Shown here: one piece after another, positions 11,527 to 25,652 of the stretch | Numbering within the stretch: the stretch's first letter is position 1 | Layout: each line of letters starts with the position of its first letter | Source of the DNA: Basidiobolus meristosporus CBS 931.73 | Lineage: Eukaryota > Fungi > Basidiobolomycota | Length of the DNA: 64,000 nucleotides | Direction: 5' to 3' | Assembly (NCBI GenBank): GCA_002104905.1 | Contig: MCFE01000125.1 | Span: forward strand, 97,230-161,229 | The notes under the pieces: generated by a model | Seen by the model: only the letters and a program-made list of their open reading frames with translations | What the model was told of the DNA's origin: nothing | Database searches by the model: none | Program-made: the position numbers and the translations under genes

Positions 11527-14500
11527 ATGGATCTTGAGGCTCTTAGAAAGGCCGCGCTACAAACCCGACGTGCCAAGAGCCAACTCACGGTCCCTTCCAT
11601 AGACAAGCCCTTCCCTGACGCCAAGAACGCGACAGGGGTTGTACAGGACAGACCCAATCAAGTGGTGTCTGGCAAGCCGGAGGCTGTTCACGATGTCCAG
11701 GAACCCACCTTAATCGATGAAGACTCAACTTCAGACAATGCTCCTACAGACTCCACGAGTAGCCCTACTTCCATAGATCGTCGTGTTAACCCTTCTGTGG
11801 CTGTTTACACCGAAGCTGGTGAGATGGCTGAGGACATAGAACCCAGGGAAGGCACAGCTCCCGTCGACGAGACAGTTGAGAGCGAAGAGGATAGAGAGGA
11901 TGGGAATTATTAGAAGACCCACCCGAAAGCGAAGAGACGGAGTCGCTACCCCAGGAAGCCACCCTAAAGAAAGAGCAGGACGAATACACGGCATTGCTCA
12001 ACGATTATCAACGGTGTATAGATAGAAGAACCGCGAAAAAATCGAAAGCGGAGAAACGGAAGCTCAAGGGGAAGCGGAAGGAGGAGCAGCAATTCCTTCG
12101 GTTCAACGACCCACGGTTGTACCCGGAACCCATGGGCCCCTTTAGAACTATCTTCCCGAGAAGAGCCGGCAGACACCCATACCTACCTGCGAACCAATTC
12201 TTGCCCCCTAATATGACCCGGTTCCGCGCCCCTCATCGCTCGCACGAAACCCACGAGCTGTACCGGCCTTTGCCCGACGTAGGTCAGTATTCTTGGTTGT
12301 ATCCCCCGGTACGGGAATCCCCCACTCACCCAGTTTTTCACGTAGCCGCCGCCCCTCAAGCATTTAATAGACACCCGAACGAATACCATGCTCATGTTAA
12401 TACGCAACGCCCGTCCCGGACCGAACCGGAATTCATCCGAAACCCTATGAACCCTAACGACTTGGCCCCACTGTTAGCCAACGCACTGACACAGCTCCAA
12501 AGCAAACAGGCCGCCTTCCCCCCGCCCGGTTCGAATGCTCCGCGCTCAGGGACCGCGCATCCATCCAACTCACCTGCATCTTCGGAGATGGGCCACCCAC
12601 ACCGCAACGAAGTCGACACCGCCTTCTCACTTGCCAAGCAAATCACCCAAGGGTTGGTAAACATCGGGCTGTCGGCGCAAAGCATCATCAGCTACGGGGT
12701 TCCCAAAGAGCTGGTCGATGCCTGTCTTGCCGAAGCCAGGCCGAACATGGAGAATGGTGCGTTGGAAGAGCCTCAGTATGAGGGGGACGACATGGAGTTG
12801 GACGACTCCGAGGACAGCGCAGCCAACCACATCCTTAACAACAAATGGGTCACGGTGCGAGGCAAGGAGGACGCCAGACTTGGGACGAACTCCGCCCGGG
12901 AGAGCAGTAGCGAGTCCGTCGGCATCGTTACGAATCGCAGCACGAGCGAACCGTACAAGCCCCCGAGCCGATTTTATAGGGAGAAGCGAAAGCTCTTTGT
13001 CCCGGACCGGCCGATGCGCCACATACTGATCAGCGACTCGGAAGACGACTCGGATCATGCCGAGTCGGAAACCAAGCGTGGGAGCCACTCGGTCGTCCAG
13101 GAGTTGGCGGCCAAGGAAAGGGCGATCATTGCGTTGCGGGAATCGATCGCTAGAAAAGAAGCCCAGAAGAATATGAGCAAGGAGGCCAGCCCGGTAAGTA
13201 TATCCGAGGCCTCATCCAGTTCCGGCCATGCGTCTTACGTAGGCCTGTTCCTCTTCCCGTTTAGATAACCGCTAGTCAGCCTCAGGTGGACAAACAACCC
13301 GGCTCCATGCCAGCTCAGGTAATCAACCAGTCACCTAGGTCAACGAAATCCACCCCAATCCAGAGCGATGGGCAGCGAGCGTTGCCAAATCCATCCGATG
13401 CCGGTGACGAGCTCGTGAAAAAGATCGAATCCGAGATCGTGATCAGGCGGGATTACATGTCGCTGGTGGAATCGGAGCTTGTCGAGGAGGAGGAGGAGCT
13501 CAAGGCGGTCCAGGGGCAGATCGACGGCTTCGACGCGGAGACTTCCAAGAACGACGAGTCGATCGCCAAGTACGCCTCAGAGATTGCCGCGTTGCAACGC
13601 AAGATAGAAGAGGTCCGGAAGCACAGCGAGCTGGTGGCCCGGAAAAAGTTGGTCACCGCCTCCCGTGCCAAAAGGCTGCAGGAGAAAATCCAGTCTGGTC
13701 GCCGCTCGGTATCCGATATACAGAAGCAAATCAGCAAGAGTCAAAAGCGCCTGGCTAAGTTGCGTACCATTTCTGCACCGACAAAGGGTAATAAACTGCG
13801 AAGATGTCAACCTTGATTTTGTGGCTTAAGTCGGTTAACTTGTGTGTATTCTTCGGTCTATCGTTAGTTCAATCAGCCTTGTCCGAATACGGTCACCTCC
13901 CTGGTATGCAGCAAGCAGAGCCAGCACCTACCTCTACCCCTGCTCCTACCCCAAACCATCTCAGCTCAGACATGGGAAGAGGTAAGCTACAAAAGGCCAC
14001 TAACAAGGCGCCCGTGGACTCGTATAATGCTATGCCTCAACCCAATGAGGAATCTAACATGGATGTCGATGCCAATGCTCTTGTGCCAGGCGAGAAAGCC
14101 TCTTCGCATATTCCAAGCAATGCACTGCCCAACGATGAAGCGAATTCGTCTACCAAAGGTACTGATTATTTAGCAAAACCCAATGACCAGAAACCACCGG
14201 CGGATCCCACGCCTCGTAGCCCAGACCCCACCAGCGACAAAAGTCGAAAGCTGAACGAGCTTAACAAGAAGGTGAAAGCGATCCACAAGGAACAACAGGC
14301 TTTGGCCAAGCTTTTGAGCAAGCACAGGGCGCGTTCAAAGGCTGCACCTTCTTTACAATATCCAAAACTGCAGAGGTTTCTTGAAACAGGAACCCTGGTT
14401 CTAGATGGCAAGCACAAGCACGATGCGTCCCCGCTCCAGACCTTCCTCAGAGCCTCAGTCTGGAATACCGAGCGCACGGTTGAGCCGCTGTATGATTTGT

Positions 14501-17500
14501 CGAACTTTCTTCAATCTGCAGACTCCGTCGCGCTTCCCACTGATTTGGTCTCCCACTCCGGTGGACATGAGCCAACCGCAAAGATGGCTCGGAATCACCA
14601 GCGTCTAATCCTCCGGGATAGAGAGGTTGGTAGCAAGTCACTTTCATCCATCTGCGATTGACAGCAGCACTAACTCCAGCACCAGACTGCATCGGATACC
14701 CCCCGCACAGCCTACACAGCATATTGTTCCCCGCTAAGGGCTTTCAAAGCGTCGATACTTTCGCCCTACTTCGTCCGCACTGCGTCGAAAGACCCCCCTT
14801 TTTGCTACCAAATCGACCCTGCCCAAAAGATCTGTATGTACGAAGTAGCCGGCGGAGAATGCAATGATGACACTTGTACCTCGCAACACTTCCGAGATGT
14901 CCGGCTCAGTGGTCAGTGTTCTCTTTCTTTCCGGTTTCGCACCTTGTCAGCCGGGCTTTTTCTCACCCTCGCGTTTACCCCCATCGCTAGATGATGACCA
15001 TTTCGTGACCCTTATCTCAAGTATTTCAATGGGCGAAGCAGGCGCGCATTCAAAGTATCTTGAGGAGGTTCGCTCGCAGCTAACCGCTCTGAGAGATACT
15101 CCCAAATGGGATCCTCAGCACATACAGGAAACCATCGTCCAGACAAAGGTAGCCCATCTTGCCACGGCTGAGGAGGGGGCCTGTCCAGTGACCTCATCGC
15201 TGAACAGCATCCCAGCGCCAGAAGCCCGTAAGAGTAGCGTAGTTCGTCGGACAGCCGCGAAATTCACCTCGGTTGATATCACAAGTGGAGATCTGGCCTC
15301 AACCGCCAAGCCGTTTACCGTTGAATGGATACTTGAAAATTATGAAGGAGAACACGGTGGGGAGAACCCCTCGACAGAGAATCCAGCCGAGACGGTGACG
15401 CCCCGAAGTGAGCAGGCGTGGGTCGAGTATGCCACCTCGTTGCTTCCTCATCTATCAAAGGCCAAGGCAAACGACCAGACGTGCAATATCGATCGGTCAC
15501 TCCAGATCCTGTCGCAAGCGCTGGAGAACCACTGCACCTCGGAATTCCTCTGGAATTTCTACTTCGAGCTGTACATCTATATACGCGGGGATGGCGCCGA
15601 CGAGATTCGGAAGATGTTTGAGACGGCCATCAGGCTGAACACCCAAAGCGCGCTGATATGGTGGAGGTTAGTGGTTGTGAATGCGATTCATCGAATACCA
15701 TGCTAACGAAGGCCTAAGGTATTACCAGTGGGAACCGGAGACGGGGAGGAAATTGGCGGTTTTGAAGAGGATGCTGTCCCAGTTCATCATGGAGAACACC
15801 TCCAATCTGGGTAAGCACCCGCATACATCCTCCACTTGCGAAGTACCTCATTAACCCGATCGTTGCCTTTTAAGATTTCGATCTGCTCTCTAGACTCCGG
15901 TTGGATATTGTGATTCAAATAGTTCGGAACCTCATCCTTGTTGAGGGAGCTGCCTCTGCTCTTCGCTTTCTCACAAGCTACCTTACAGCGACAGGGATCG
16001 GCCATATAAAAGATCTTCTGCTAGGAGAGGTTGCTATGCATGAATCAGCAATCACCAGCGAAGCGATTAACGGGGCATGGATCGTTGGTGCGATGGCCAT
16101 ATCGGATGTGACAATTGCCTGGTTGATCTACCTCCATCTTTATTGGTTTGATTCCCTTCCTGAGTTATCTTATGATGCCCCTTATGAGTACCTGTCAAGG
16201 CCGCAACTGTTTACTCTGAGGTGGTCTGTAGCTGCGAGTTGTGATGCGGGCATGATCGATGAGGCGAAGCAAATTCTGCAAATGCTGATGAGCTCGCGGG
16301 TGGCAACCCACCGATCCTCTTTGGTCACTTTATGTAGAAACTACGCCAACTTGATCAAGTTGCCTCTACAGGAGACTGGAGAGAATGCTGATGAGCTCCT
16401 CGAGCAAGTGCTTCAGAAGTATAGGCATCCAGAGCTCTGGAGCATCAAGGCCGACCTCTTGATGGTGAGTTGAAGCATCGGTTGGTAGTGTTGTGGTGCC
16501 CCTTTGAAACTGACCCTTCTGAGTGACCAATAGGATAGCGGGAATTTCCAGGCGGCAGAGCTCGTGCTGATAGAAGCCATCAAGGAATGTCAGAGCTTTG
16601 CACTCTGCAATCATTATGCTAGGCTGAAGATCTTGCAAGGCGACAGACAAGGGCTTTTGGTATCCCTGAAGCGGCCGTTAGAGATCTGCTTCAGTGATAC
16701 CGAGGGTTTGGATGCTGATGGCCTCCTGGAGATGTATCGATATCTACTGGACCTCACTTTCAGCGTGCCTAGCAAACGTCTGAAGACATCAGTCAGAACT
16801 CCGCAAACCTCCCAGGATTTCCATCTGTGGAGCAACTTCTTGACCCTGTCGTATGTGTTGGAGAGTGCGGAAACGTTCACGCGAAACCTGGAATATACGT
16901 TGACCAAGCTAGAGAACATTCACGAACGGTCGATCCTTGCAAATGAGTAAACTATCGATCACGCTTACGAGGGAAGAACTGAAAACTGAATCGGGCTCGT
17001 CTATTTAGGTTCATCCGCTACACGCTGGGGGTTAGGTATTCGAAATCCCAGAAGCCCCTACCGATCTCCGGGTTCGTCAACACACTCAACCAGACGTTGA
17101 AGCACTTGGTGGTTTCCGAAGCCATCCCCTACGCCCGCCATTCGGACGCGAGCACGGACTTGCTGAAGCTACGCCCCTTGAAGGTCCATGGATTTTCCAT
17201 GTCTACTCCATGGCCCATGTAATAACAGTGTTCCCACTCCAGGACTCTACCAGCGTTATCTCGATGGCACACGTTTTGGCAGGCTATCTGTCTCTGGACA
17301 CTCAGGAACTATGCCTGAGCTCGATACTTCGGATCTTCCCCGGTAGCGCCCACCTGCGAATCATGTAAGAGCAGGGGAAGCCTCGCCCGCGCGCCACCTA
17401 AACTCATTTTTCCACCCAATAGGACGGCAAATCTCCACCTTCACCTGGATCACCTTGAGAACGGGATCAAGCAGCTATTGTACAGTTTATCCATGAACCC

Positions 17501-17678
17501 TAGAGATCGTAAGCTATGGGCAATGTATGTTCGTATGTTCGTGACCATCCTCCGCCCCAACTAATCTCGTTGTAGCTTGCTCGAGTACGAAACGACCTGT
17601 TGTCGAAGGGCCCTCAAGGATGTCCCTTGGATCCCTTTGGCGGAGAAATACTCGGGTTTCGAGCCATCCGTTTCGTAG
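11527..17678 (+). CDS. ZFC3H1: ZFC3H1/Red1-like nuclear-exosome adaptor (multi-exon)
   Basis: N-terminus MDLEALRKAAL, a coiled coil, and the zf-C3H1 motif IDPAQKICMYEVAGGECNDDTCTSQHFRD (~14810-14900). A HAT/TPR-like helical C-terminus follows (LSQALENHCTSEFLWNFYFELY). One apparent 1-nt frameshift lies at about 11903. Confidence 0.75.
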
Positions 17679-17974
17679 GCCTGCGCACAGGGAGTCGGAC
17701 TTATGGTTGGTTGATTTTCATTATTGTATTTATTGTTCTTTTCATACTTTGTGGTGAAGAAGTTCAGTAAGATCTCCGTAGCAGAGCAGAGCAGAACAGA
17801 ATAGAATCGGTTGATATAGTTTTGGTGTACATAGAGAAATGACTATTCATAATAAAAGGAATCACCATCCAATCCATGCGTGACAAATTGTTTGATCCTC
17901 GGGTGAATCCCCGCCTTTCCCAGTTCCACAGTTTGGGTCTTGGAGAGTACCCGTGTTGAATATATCCTCACCTC

Positions 17975-19591
17975 ATGGCCTCGCTAGACCAACAGACCGC
18001 CCCTCGAGCACACAATGACGTGACGAAAGACAATCTGGTGGAATCCCAGAGCAAGATCATAAGCTGCATCGCGCAGGCCACGTTCGTCTCGATCGACACC
18101 GAGTTCACTGGCTTGGGTCGTGGCCCCTCACAAAACACTCGTGCCTCGTGAGTCTATTGCCGACCGAACCTTTGCCTCGCCATTTTTTAATACGGCATTT
18201 TTCAGAAATATAGAAGAGAGATACGTTGCCTTGAGGGAAGTGGTGTTGAATCATGCGATGGTGGCCTTTGGACTATCTGCCTTCAAAGAATCCACCCCGG
18301 AATCCCCCGAATCTGCTTCGTTGGAGACATCGTACACTGCGGATCACTTCAACTTCACCTTGCTGTGCCAGGTATGCTCGAGTCTCTGCAACCTCCCTTC
18401 TTTTTCCGCGTTCCTGACAGGTTTCCTCGGGCAGAATGCGTATACCGTGAACCCCAAGAGCCTGTCGTTTCTTGCCGAGAGTGGGTTTGATTTCAACAAG
18501 CAAGCCATCAGCGGGATACCATATTTTCCAGGCGACATCCAGGTAACCCTATCTCCTTCACGCATACAGGGTATTAGTCGAGACTTAACGGAACGGGTAG
18601 GAGAGCAACAGGTCGGACAAGTTTAACGTTGCCATGAGGCAGATATTTCGTCGGCTGTTGACGGCCAAGGTACCGGTAGTTGTGCATAACGGGCTGCTGG
18701 ACATCATGTTTCTCTACCATGGGTTCTACGCATGCTTACCACGGAGATTAGACACCTTTCTCGCGGACTTGTCAGACATGTTCCCACAAGGAATTTACGA
18801 CACGAAATATATCGCCGACTATCTGACCCGGGAGAAGGCCTCGTTTCTTCTGTACCTCTTCAAGAAATAGTAGGTTCCCTCGAGACCTTGCCCCATTTGT
18901 TCCCCTTGGATTAACGGTTGCTTAGTGAACGAGAACAACTGAAGAGAAAGACGAACTCGCGAAAGACTTATGTTACTGTGGCTCACAACAATGTCATTGT
19001 CGATAGTCCAGTGAAGGCCCCCCATCCGCTAAACAAATCGGCCGCAAAGCATTGCCAGCAGTTTGCAGTAAGACCATCCTGGGGTTGCTTGCAATGGAAC
19101 AACCACTCATCATCTTTGCCTAGAACCATGGACATTGTCCCAAGGGAGTTCGCTGCCCTCTATCCCATGATCTGGATGTAATCCTAGATGCAGAAATGAA
19201 CAAAAGAAAGCGTAGACGCAAAGAGGAGCATTCCGATGAAGGTGGCCTTTTCCATTGCTATGGTGGACCTCAAAGTATACACTAACCCTTACTAGCGAAA
19301 CCAGACACTGAGTCCGAAGAAAGTGGGGTGCAGGCACCGTCGTCCAATGATGCTTGCGATCCGCCTGCTACAACCCAATCCCAATCCCAATCCCATTCCG
19401 CGCATTTTGATGCTTACATGACTGGGTTCGTGTTTGCTCGGCAAGCTCTCACATACAGCCTGGCCACTCTCCAAGAAAGCCATGTCAATAGGATCTACCT
19501 GATAGGCAAAAGCTTCCCGCTGATCATCTCGAAGAGCGCCTTTGCCGGGTATTCAGAATCGCATGAAGCGCAACGACCACAATTAATATAA
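17975..19591 (+). CDS. TOE1: CAF1-family DEDD exonuclease, TOE1-like (multi-exon)
   Basis: Motifs SIDTEFTGLG, PVVVHNGLLDIMFLY, IYDTKYIA and HSAHFDAYMTGFVF, with a CCCH-like segment beginning HCQQFA. Confidence 0.8.
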
Positions 19592-19743
19592 TAAATGGAT
19601 GCATGTGCTGATTCGAGACAAGTGAAAATCGAGGCCTTCAAAATCCCTCTTGCCTGATTAGGCCCGTGTTAAGCCAGATTGAAATGATATCCCACTGTCT
19701 CAAAATTTGGTGGATTCTTGATTTGTTCTCCGTTCGATAGAGC

Positions 19744-22687
19744 ATGTTTAGTCACTTGAGATTCTGTGTGAATCCCCTTAGGAAAACCGCACTTCTTCGC
19801 CGAGCAGCGGTTCAACACCTGAGCCTGAGGGTGTCGAGAAATGCCCCACCACTGACACGCACTTACACGGTTCTCTCCCAACCTGGAACAGCGGCGTCAC
19901 CAACCGGCAAGGAGGAGAAGCTTAAGCGACCATTTGAATATGGTACTGGATGGAAATGGGCTTCGAACGAGTGGGTTGTAACAGTTTTTCTCTTGTGTAG
20001 TGGAGCACCCTAGAAGAACCCACATGTGTGGCGAGCTGAGCGCTAAGAACGAAGGCGAGACGATAACCTTATGCGGATGGGCGCAAAATCTACGGTAGGT
20101 GGTGGTTTATGGCGCGCGCCCTCACTCTCGATGGCCTGCCATATTCACGAAATGTTCAGTAAATTCTCGGACACCCTTATATTTCTGCCCGTACGTGATA
20201 TGACCGGGACCACGCAGCTGGTCTTTCGCACCTCCTCGGGAGAAGCAACGTCGACCCTCGAGGAGATCCGGGAGAAGCTCTCGAGCATATCTTCGGAAAG
20301 TATTATCTGCGCGACAGGCGTGGTGAGAAAACGGCCCCTAGAGACGGTGAACAGAGTACGCAGGACCCTTTCATCCAGTGCCACCAGAAATTTCTAACCG
20401 TTTACGGGATGCACGCAGAATCTAAAAACTGGCGAGATCGAGGTGGAGCTTGCAGACATCCAGATATTAAACAAGGCAGACAACCTTCCCTTCTTCCCAT
20501 CCAACTCGAAACTTGTAAGTTCTGTTTCCCGCATGATGACCAGTGGCTGCCCGTACCTAATTCCGCACCGCAGCCCTCAGAAGATGTCCGTTTGAAGTAC
20601 CGCTACCTAGATCTTCGTCGCGAGACACTGCTCAGCAACATCCAAAAGAGATCCCAAGTCACTTGGCTGACTAGGGACTACCTTACACGTCAAGGTGGTA
20701 CCACGTAGTCACTTCACCCGATTGGAAGGCCGACTCAACTCTCCATCTAGGATTCCTGGAGATCGAAACCCCGGTGCTTTTCAAGTCCACACCCGAGGGT
20801 GCTCGTGAATTTTTGGTCCCCACTCGGAACCAGAACATGTTCTATGCGCTACCACAAAGTCCACAACAGGTAATCGGTTGAGTTCCGAGCGCGCCCCCCC
20901 GACCGTCAGCTTACCCGTTTGTCCCATGTCCGACAGTATAAACAACTGCTGATGGCCAGTGGCGTCGACAAGTATTTCCAGATCGCACGTTGTTTCCGGG
21001 ACGAAGACCTCAGAGCAGACAGGCAGCCAGAGTTCACTCAGGTAGGAGCAGTTGGTTCGCATCCGCGGATCTCGTGAAGCTAACCCTTCGGCAGATTGAC
21101 ATTGAGATGGCTTTCATCGAGCCCGAGGGAATAAAGAATCTAATTGAGGGCCTGGTTTGCACACTATGGAGCCATGTTGATGGAGTGGACCTGAAATCCA
21201 AGCCCAATGCATTCCCACGAATGTCGTACTATGATGCCATGTCCAAGGTAAACTTCGAAGTGTTCTCAGGCTCAGTATGTGCGGTACTGATTGTCTACGA
21301 TAGTACGGTTCCGACAAGCCCGATACCAGATTCGCCATGGAGGTGTGCATCCCAATGTTCAAACAGAACACGGATCCTCTGTTAACCTTGCATTTCTAGA
21401 TCGCTGACATCACCTCCAGATTCTCTCAGCACTTTGACAGCGATGAGACATTGATCGAGGCGATGGTCGTGAAGAATGGCTCCTCGTTATTCAGCAACAA
21501 GGAGAGTAAAGAGATCGAGAAGATGATCAAATCCGAGGATTCGCACCTGGGCAACGTAAGTCCGGTCTGCTTAGCCATCACGTGCGACCCAACCGTTCAC
21601 ACGGATTAGGCCTGTAGCTTCGTCAAGATCGATCAAGGGAACACCGGAAGCTGGCTTGCTCAAACTTTCCTGAAACCGATCCTCTCCGAGCAGGGCGACT
21701 TTCAATCACGACTGTTGGAGGAGCTTCAAGCCACGCCGAACGACGCAGTCGTTCTGTGCAAGCGTAAACGCGAGTATATCGTACGAATCCACCCCATATA
21801 TCGGCTGACATGAGCCAACACTCAAATCGAATCTTCCTTGCAGGGTGGCTCCACCGCCATGGGCAAAGTACGTCTTCATTGCTCGAAACACCTGCAAGAG
21901 AAAGGTAACTGTTGCGCACGCTCGCTACCCTGGGGCGCAGATCTAACCCCGTTGCTCCAGGTGAACTGAACATCGATCCAAACCAATACAATTTCTTGTG
22001 GGTCGAGGGATTCCCGCTGTTCACACCCACGCAAATCCCCGAGACTGGCGAGATCAAATATGAGCCGACCCATCATCCATTCACGGCCCCCGTGCCCGAG
22101 GATTTGAAGCTCATCAAGGAGCGTCCTGATTTGGTGAGTGGCAGTTTGGTGAGAGGGCTCGAGGGCCGGGATGTCAATAACACTCTTTTGTAGGTGAGAG
22201 GACAGCACTACGACTTGGTCCTGAACGGGATGGAGATCGGTGGTGGCTCTATCAGAGTCCACAACCCAACCCTTCAGCAGTATCTGTTCGAAAACGTGTT
22301 TATGGTAGGTTGATGGCTCTCAACGTTGCCTCGTCCAGAGACTTAACTGTCCGTTCACGCTAGATGAAGCCCCACGAGTCAGCCAGGTTCAGACATCTTG
22401 TGGAAGCGCTGGGCTCCGGGTGTCCTCCACATGGCGGTATCGCCCTTGGTGAGCTTTTCCTCTACTGAGCTGCGTTCACATCCTTGACAGTTGCTGACCT
22501 CTCTCCCCTTCCTTCTTCAGGATTGGATCGTCTGGTGTCTATCCTCTGCAAAGCACCCTCCATCCGGGATGTCATCGCCTTCCCGAAAACTGCTTCCGGA
22601 GCGGATCTGCTCGCAGGCAGTCCTAGTCCCGTCCCCAAGGAAACCCTCAAGGAGTACAAGATCATGGTCGCTCCGAGAGACAACTAA
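19744..22687 (+). CDS. MSD1: Mitochondrial aspartyl-tRNA synthetase (multi-exon)
   Basis: Arg-rich presequence; [69 protein letters not shown] and RDVIAFPKT. Confidence 0.93.
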
Positions 22688-23581
22688 GCCGCATCCATTC
22701 TCCTTCAGAAAACCTATCATGGAGCTGCGTGGACCTCACCCATTTTTAGCATGATCGCATTGGAATAAATATGTACCGAACCAAATAAATCGACCATTCG
22801 TTAGCTGGTGTAGATGATCGACCATTCGGTGGGACCGGTGTATAGAGCTGGATAGTAGCTTGGCAACGTTGTGGGGCAGCAGTCTCTGGTCCTGGGAAGA
22901 TCGCCCAGTGTGGAGCATAGAAGCCAGAGGATGGAGAGTCCTACTATCTGCTAGCTACCCACTGTATTTGTCTACTAGCTACCCACCGGATTTGATTGGC
23001 TCGTGGAGGATTGTTTAGGCGATCAGGATGCTCAGATACCCCTACCCCACGATCATTCGTAGCCGAAAGCGTGCGGCGGGGCAGAGGAGGAAGCTCAAAG
23101 CGACTGTCCAGTTACCCGATATATTAGGCGCTAGCATGATCGGATAAACTCAGGGTTTATCTCCAGATCAAATTGAACTCTGGTATCACCCTACACTCGA
23201 ACAAAGCCTCTACATGAGCATTCATCCACCCCCTATCTGTGCCCTATCTGTGCGCCTATCGTTGTCAGGTGAGTGGGTGGTCGAAGTTGACTCATCAATG
23301 CTCTCTGGCTTCACCAGGTCTCATAGACAAACAAGTCGCTGCAGTGTACGTGACCCCGATTCCCATTCACACGCTGGGACCAAACTGGATGATGCTCTGA
23401 AGGGGGGGGGGGGTTTGGATGATGCTGTTCGCAGTCAACATCCCATGGAGAAATCGTTGCCAGATCCGTACACCTGCCTTCCAAAATTGGGGGATCCACG
23501 GCGGATGGGATGTCATGAAAATTCTGACCCCGTTATAAGGTGTTACCTTCCGACCCGGCAGTTACAGACCTTTGAACCTCT

Positions 23582-25529
23582 ATGTTGGCTGCGCGCACCC
23601 GTTTAGCACAAAGTTTGGGAGCTGCCCTCCCCAGAACCACCACTCTCGCCAGATTGGGTAGGGTCCACCTCCCGGCGCTGTCGACCTCAAGCTTCCTGGC
23701 TCGCAGGGGGTTTGCCACCACAGGTGCGGAAGAGAAGACCGTACCTTACACAGCAGACAAATTGACCTACCTCAAGAGAGACCCAGCTTTCAACCAGGTA
23801 CCCAGACACTTGCCTTTCCCCGTCAGGCTTCCCCTAGTCTAACCTTCTGCGAACGTCTAGATCACTGAGGAGCATGTGGCCCATCTACGCACCCTCCTTT
23901 CCCCAGGTTCGCTCCTCGTAGGGCAGAGCGACAACGACAACGACTTACTCCCATATAATACCGATTGGATGAACAAATATAGGGGAAAGTCCCAGATCGT
24001 GGTCAGACCAAGAACCACCGAGGAGGTATCTAAAGTGCTGGCATACTGTAACGAGCAAAGGTAAGTTTCTAGGCCATAAGCTCTCCTCCTTTGTCGAAGC
24101 CCCTCCCAACAACCTTATCTTTGCCGTAGACTTGCCGTGGTCCCCCAAGGTGGAAACACCGGCCTCGTTGGCGGGAGCGTGCCCGTCTTCGACGAGATCG
24201 TCTTGAGCACCAACCTCCTGAACAAAGTCCGAAAGTTCGATCCGATCTCCGGAACGCTGGTTTGTGACGCGGGTTGCATCCTTGAATCGTTGGAGAACTA
24301 CCTGGGTGACCGTGGTCACATCATGCCCTTGGATCTGGGGGCCAAGGGCAGCTGTCACATCGGCGGAAATGTGGCGACCAACGCGGGTGGCTTGAGACTG
24401 TTGCGGTACGGCTCCCTGCATGGCACCGTTCTGGGACTGGAAGTGGTCTTACCCGATGGTACCGTGCTAGAAAATCTCTCCACCCTTCGCAAGGACAACA
24501 CCGGCTACGATCTTAAACAGCTCTTCATCGGGTCGGAGGGGACCCTGGGTATCATCACCGGTGTGTCCATCCTCACTCCCAAAAAGCCCAACGCAGTGAA
24601 CGTGGCCCTGGTGGGATTGAAGAGCTTCGAGCACGTCCAGCAGGCGTTCCTCGGGGCTAGGGAGAACCTCTCGGAGATCCTATCGGCGTTCGAGTGCTGG
24701 GACAAATCTGCCGCTCACCTGGTTCAAGCCCACTCTGTTCAGGGCAACAGAAACCCGCTTGCGGAGGAGCACCCATTCTATGTTCTCCTGGAGACCAGTG
24801 GATCCAACAAAGAGCATGACGACGAGGTATTCGACTGATTGAGAACTCCCCTTTGCCGAACACCATGTAACCTGTTTTTTGCTAGAAACTGGGCGCGTAC
24901 TTGGAGAAGCTGATGGAGAATGAGATCATCGATGACGGGGTGATTGCCCAGGATGCTACTCAGGTAAAGCCTGGCGGATGCAGCAGAATGATGCGGGATC
25001 TGACACCTTGCTTTCTTGTAGATTCTGAATCTATGGAGTCTTCGTGAGTCCATCCCAGAGGCGTGCAGTAAGTCCGGGGCGGTATACAAGTACGACATCT
25101 CCATGCCACTTCCGGTCTTCTACCAGATGGTGGAGGACGTAAGGGCGCGACTCACCGCGGCCGGAGTGTACGGCCCCGAGAAGATGGTCACGGACGTCAT
25201 TGGCTACGGACACGTTGGCGACGGTAAGTGAGAGAGCGGGAGCATCGCTCGTATTTGCAGCCAGGCTAAACTACTCCCTAGGAAACCTACATCTCAACAT
25301 CACGGCCAAGAAGTACGACGGGGAGATCACCAAACTGATCGAACCCTACGTCTACGAGTGGGCGGCCAAATACAGTGGCTCCATCTCAGCAGAGCACGGC
25401 CTCGGCCTGATGAAGGCCCCATACGTCGGATACTCCAAGAGCGGGCCCATGATCGACATGATGAAGCGAATCAAGAAGGTCTTCGATCCACATGGCATCA
25501 TGAACCCATACAAATTTTTACCTCAATAA
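23582..25529 (+). CDS. DLD2: FAD-linked D-2-hydroxyglutarate/D-lactate dehydrogenase (multi-exon)
   Basis: [62 protein letters not shown] and [11 protein letters not shown]. Confidence 0.95.
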
Positions 25530-25652
25530 TGTTGTTGTCACCAGTTGGAATGTGTAATAAATCATATGAATCGATCTCCCAATAGGGCTTAAAATTTTGC
25601 TTGATTATAGTGTGGTGGGAGGTTGCGGTGGAGGTTGACACATTCATCGAAC

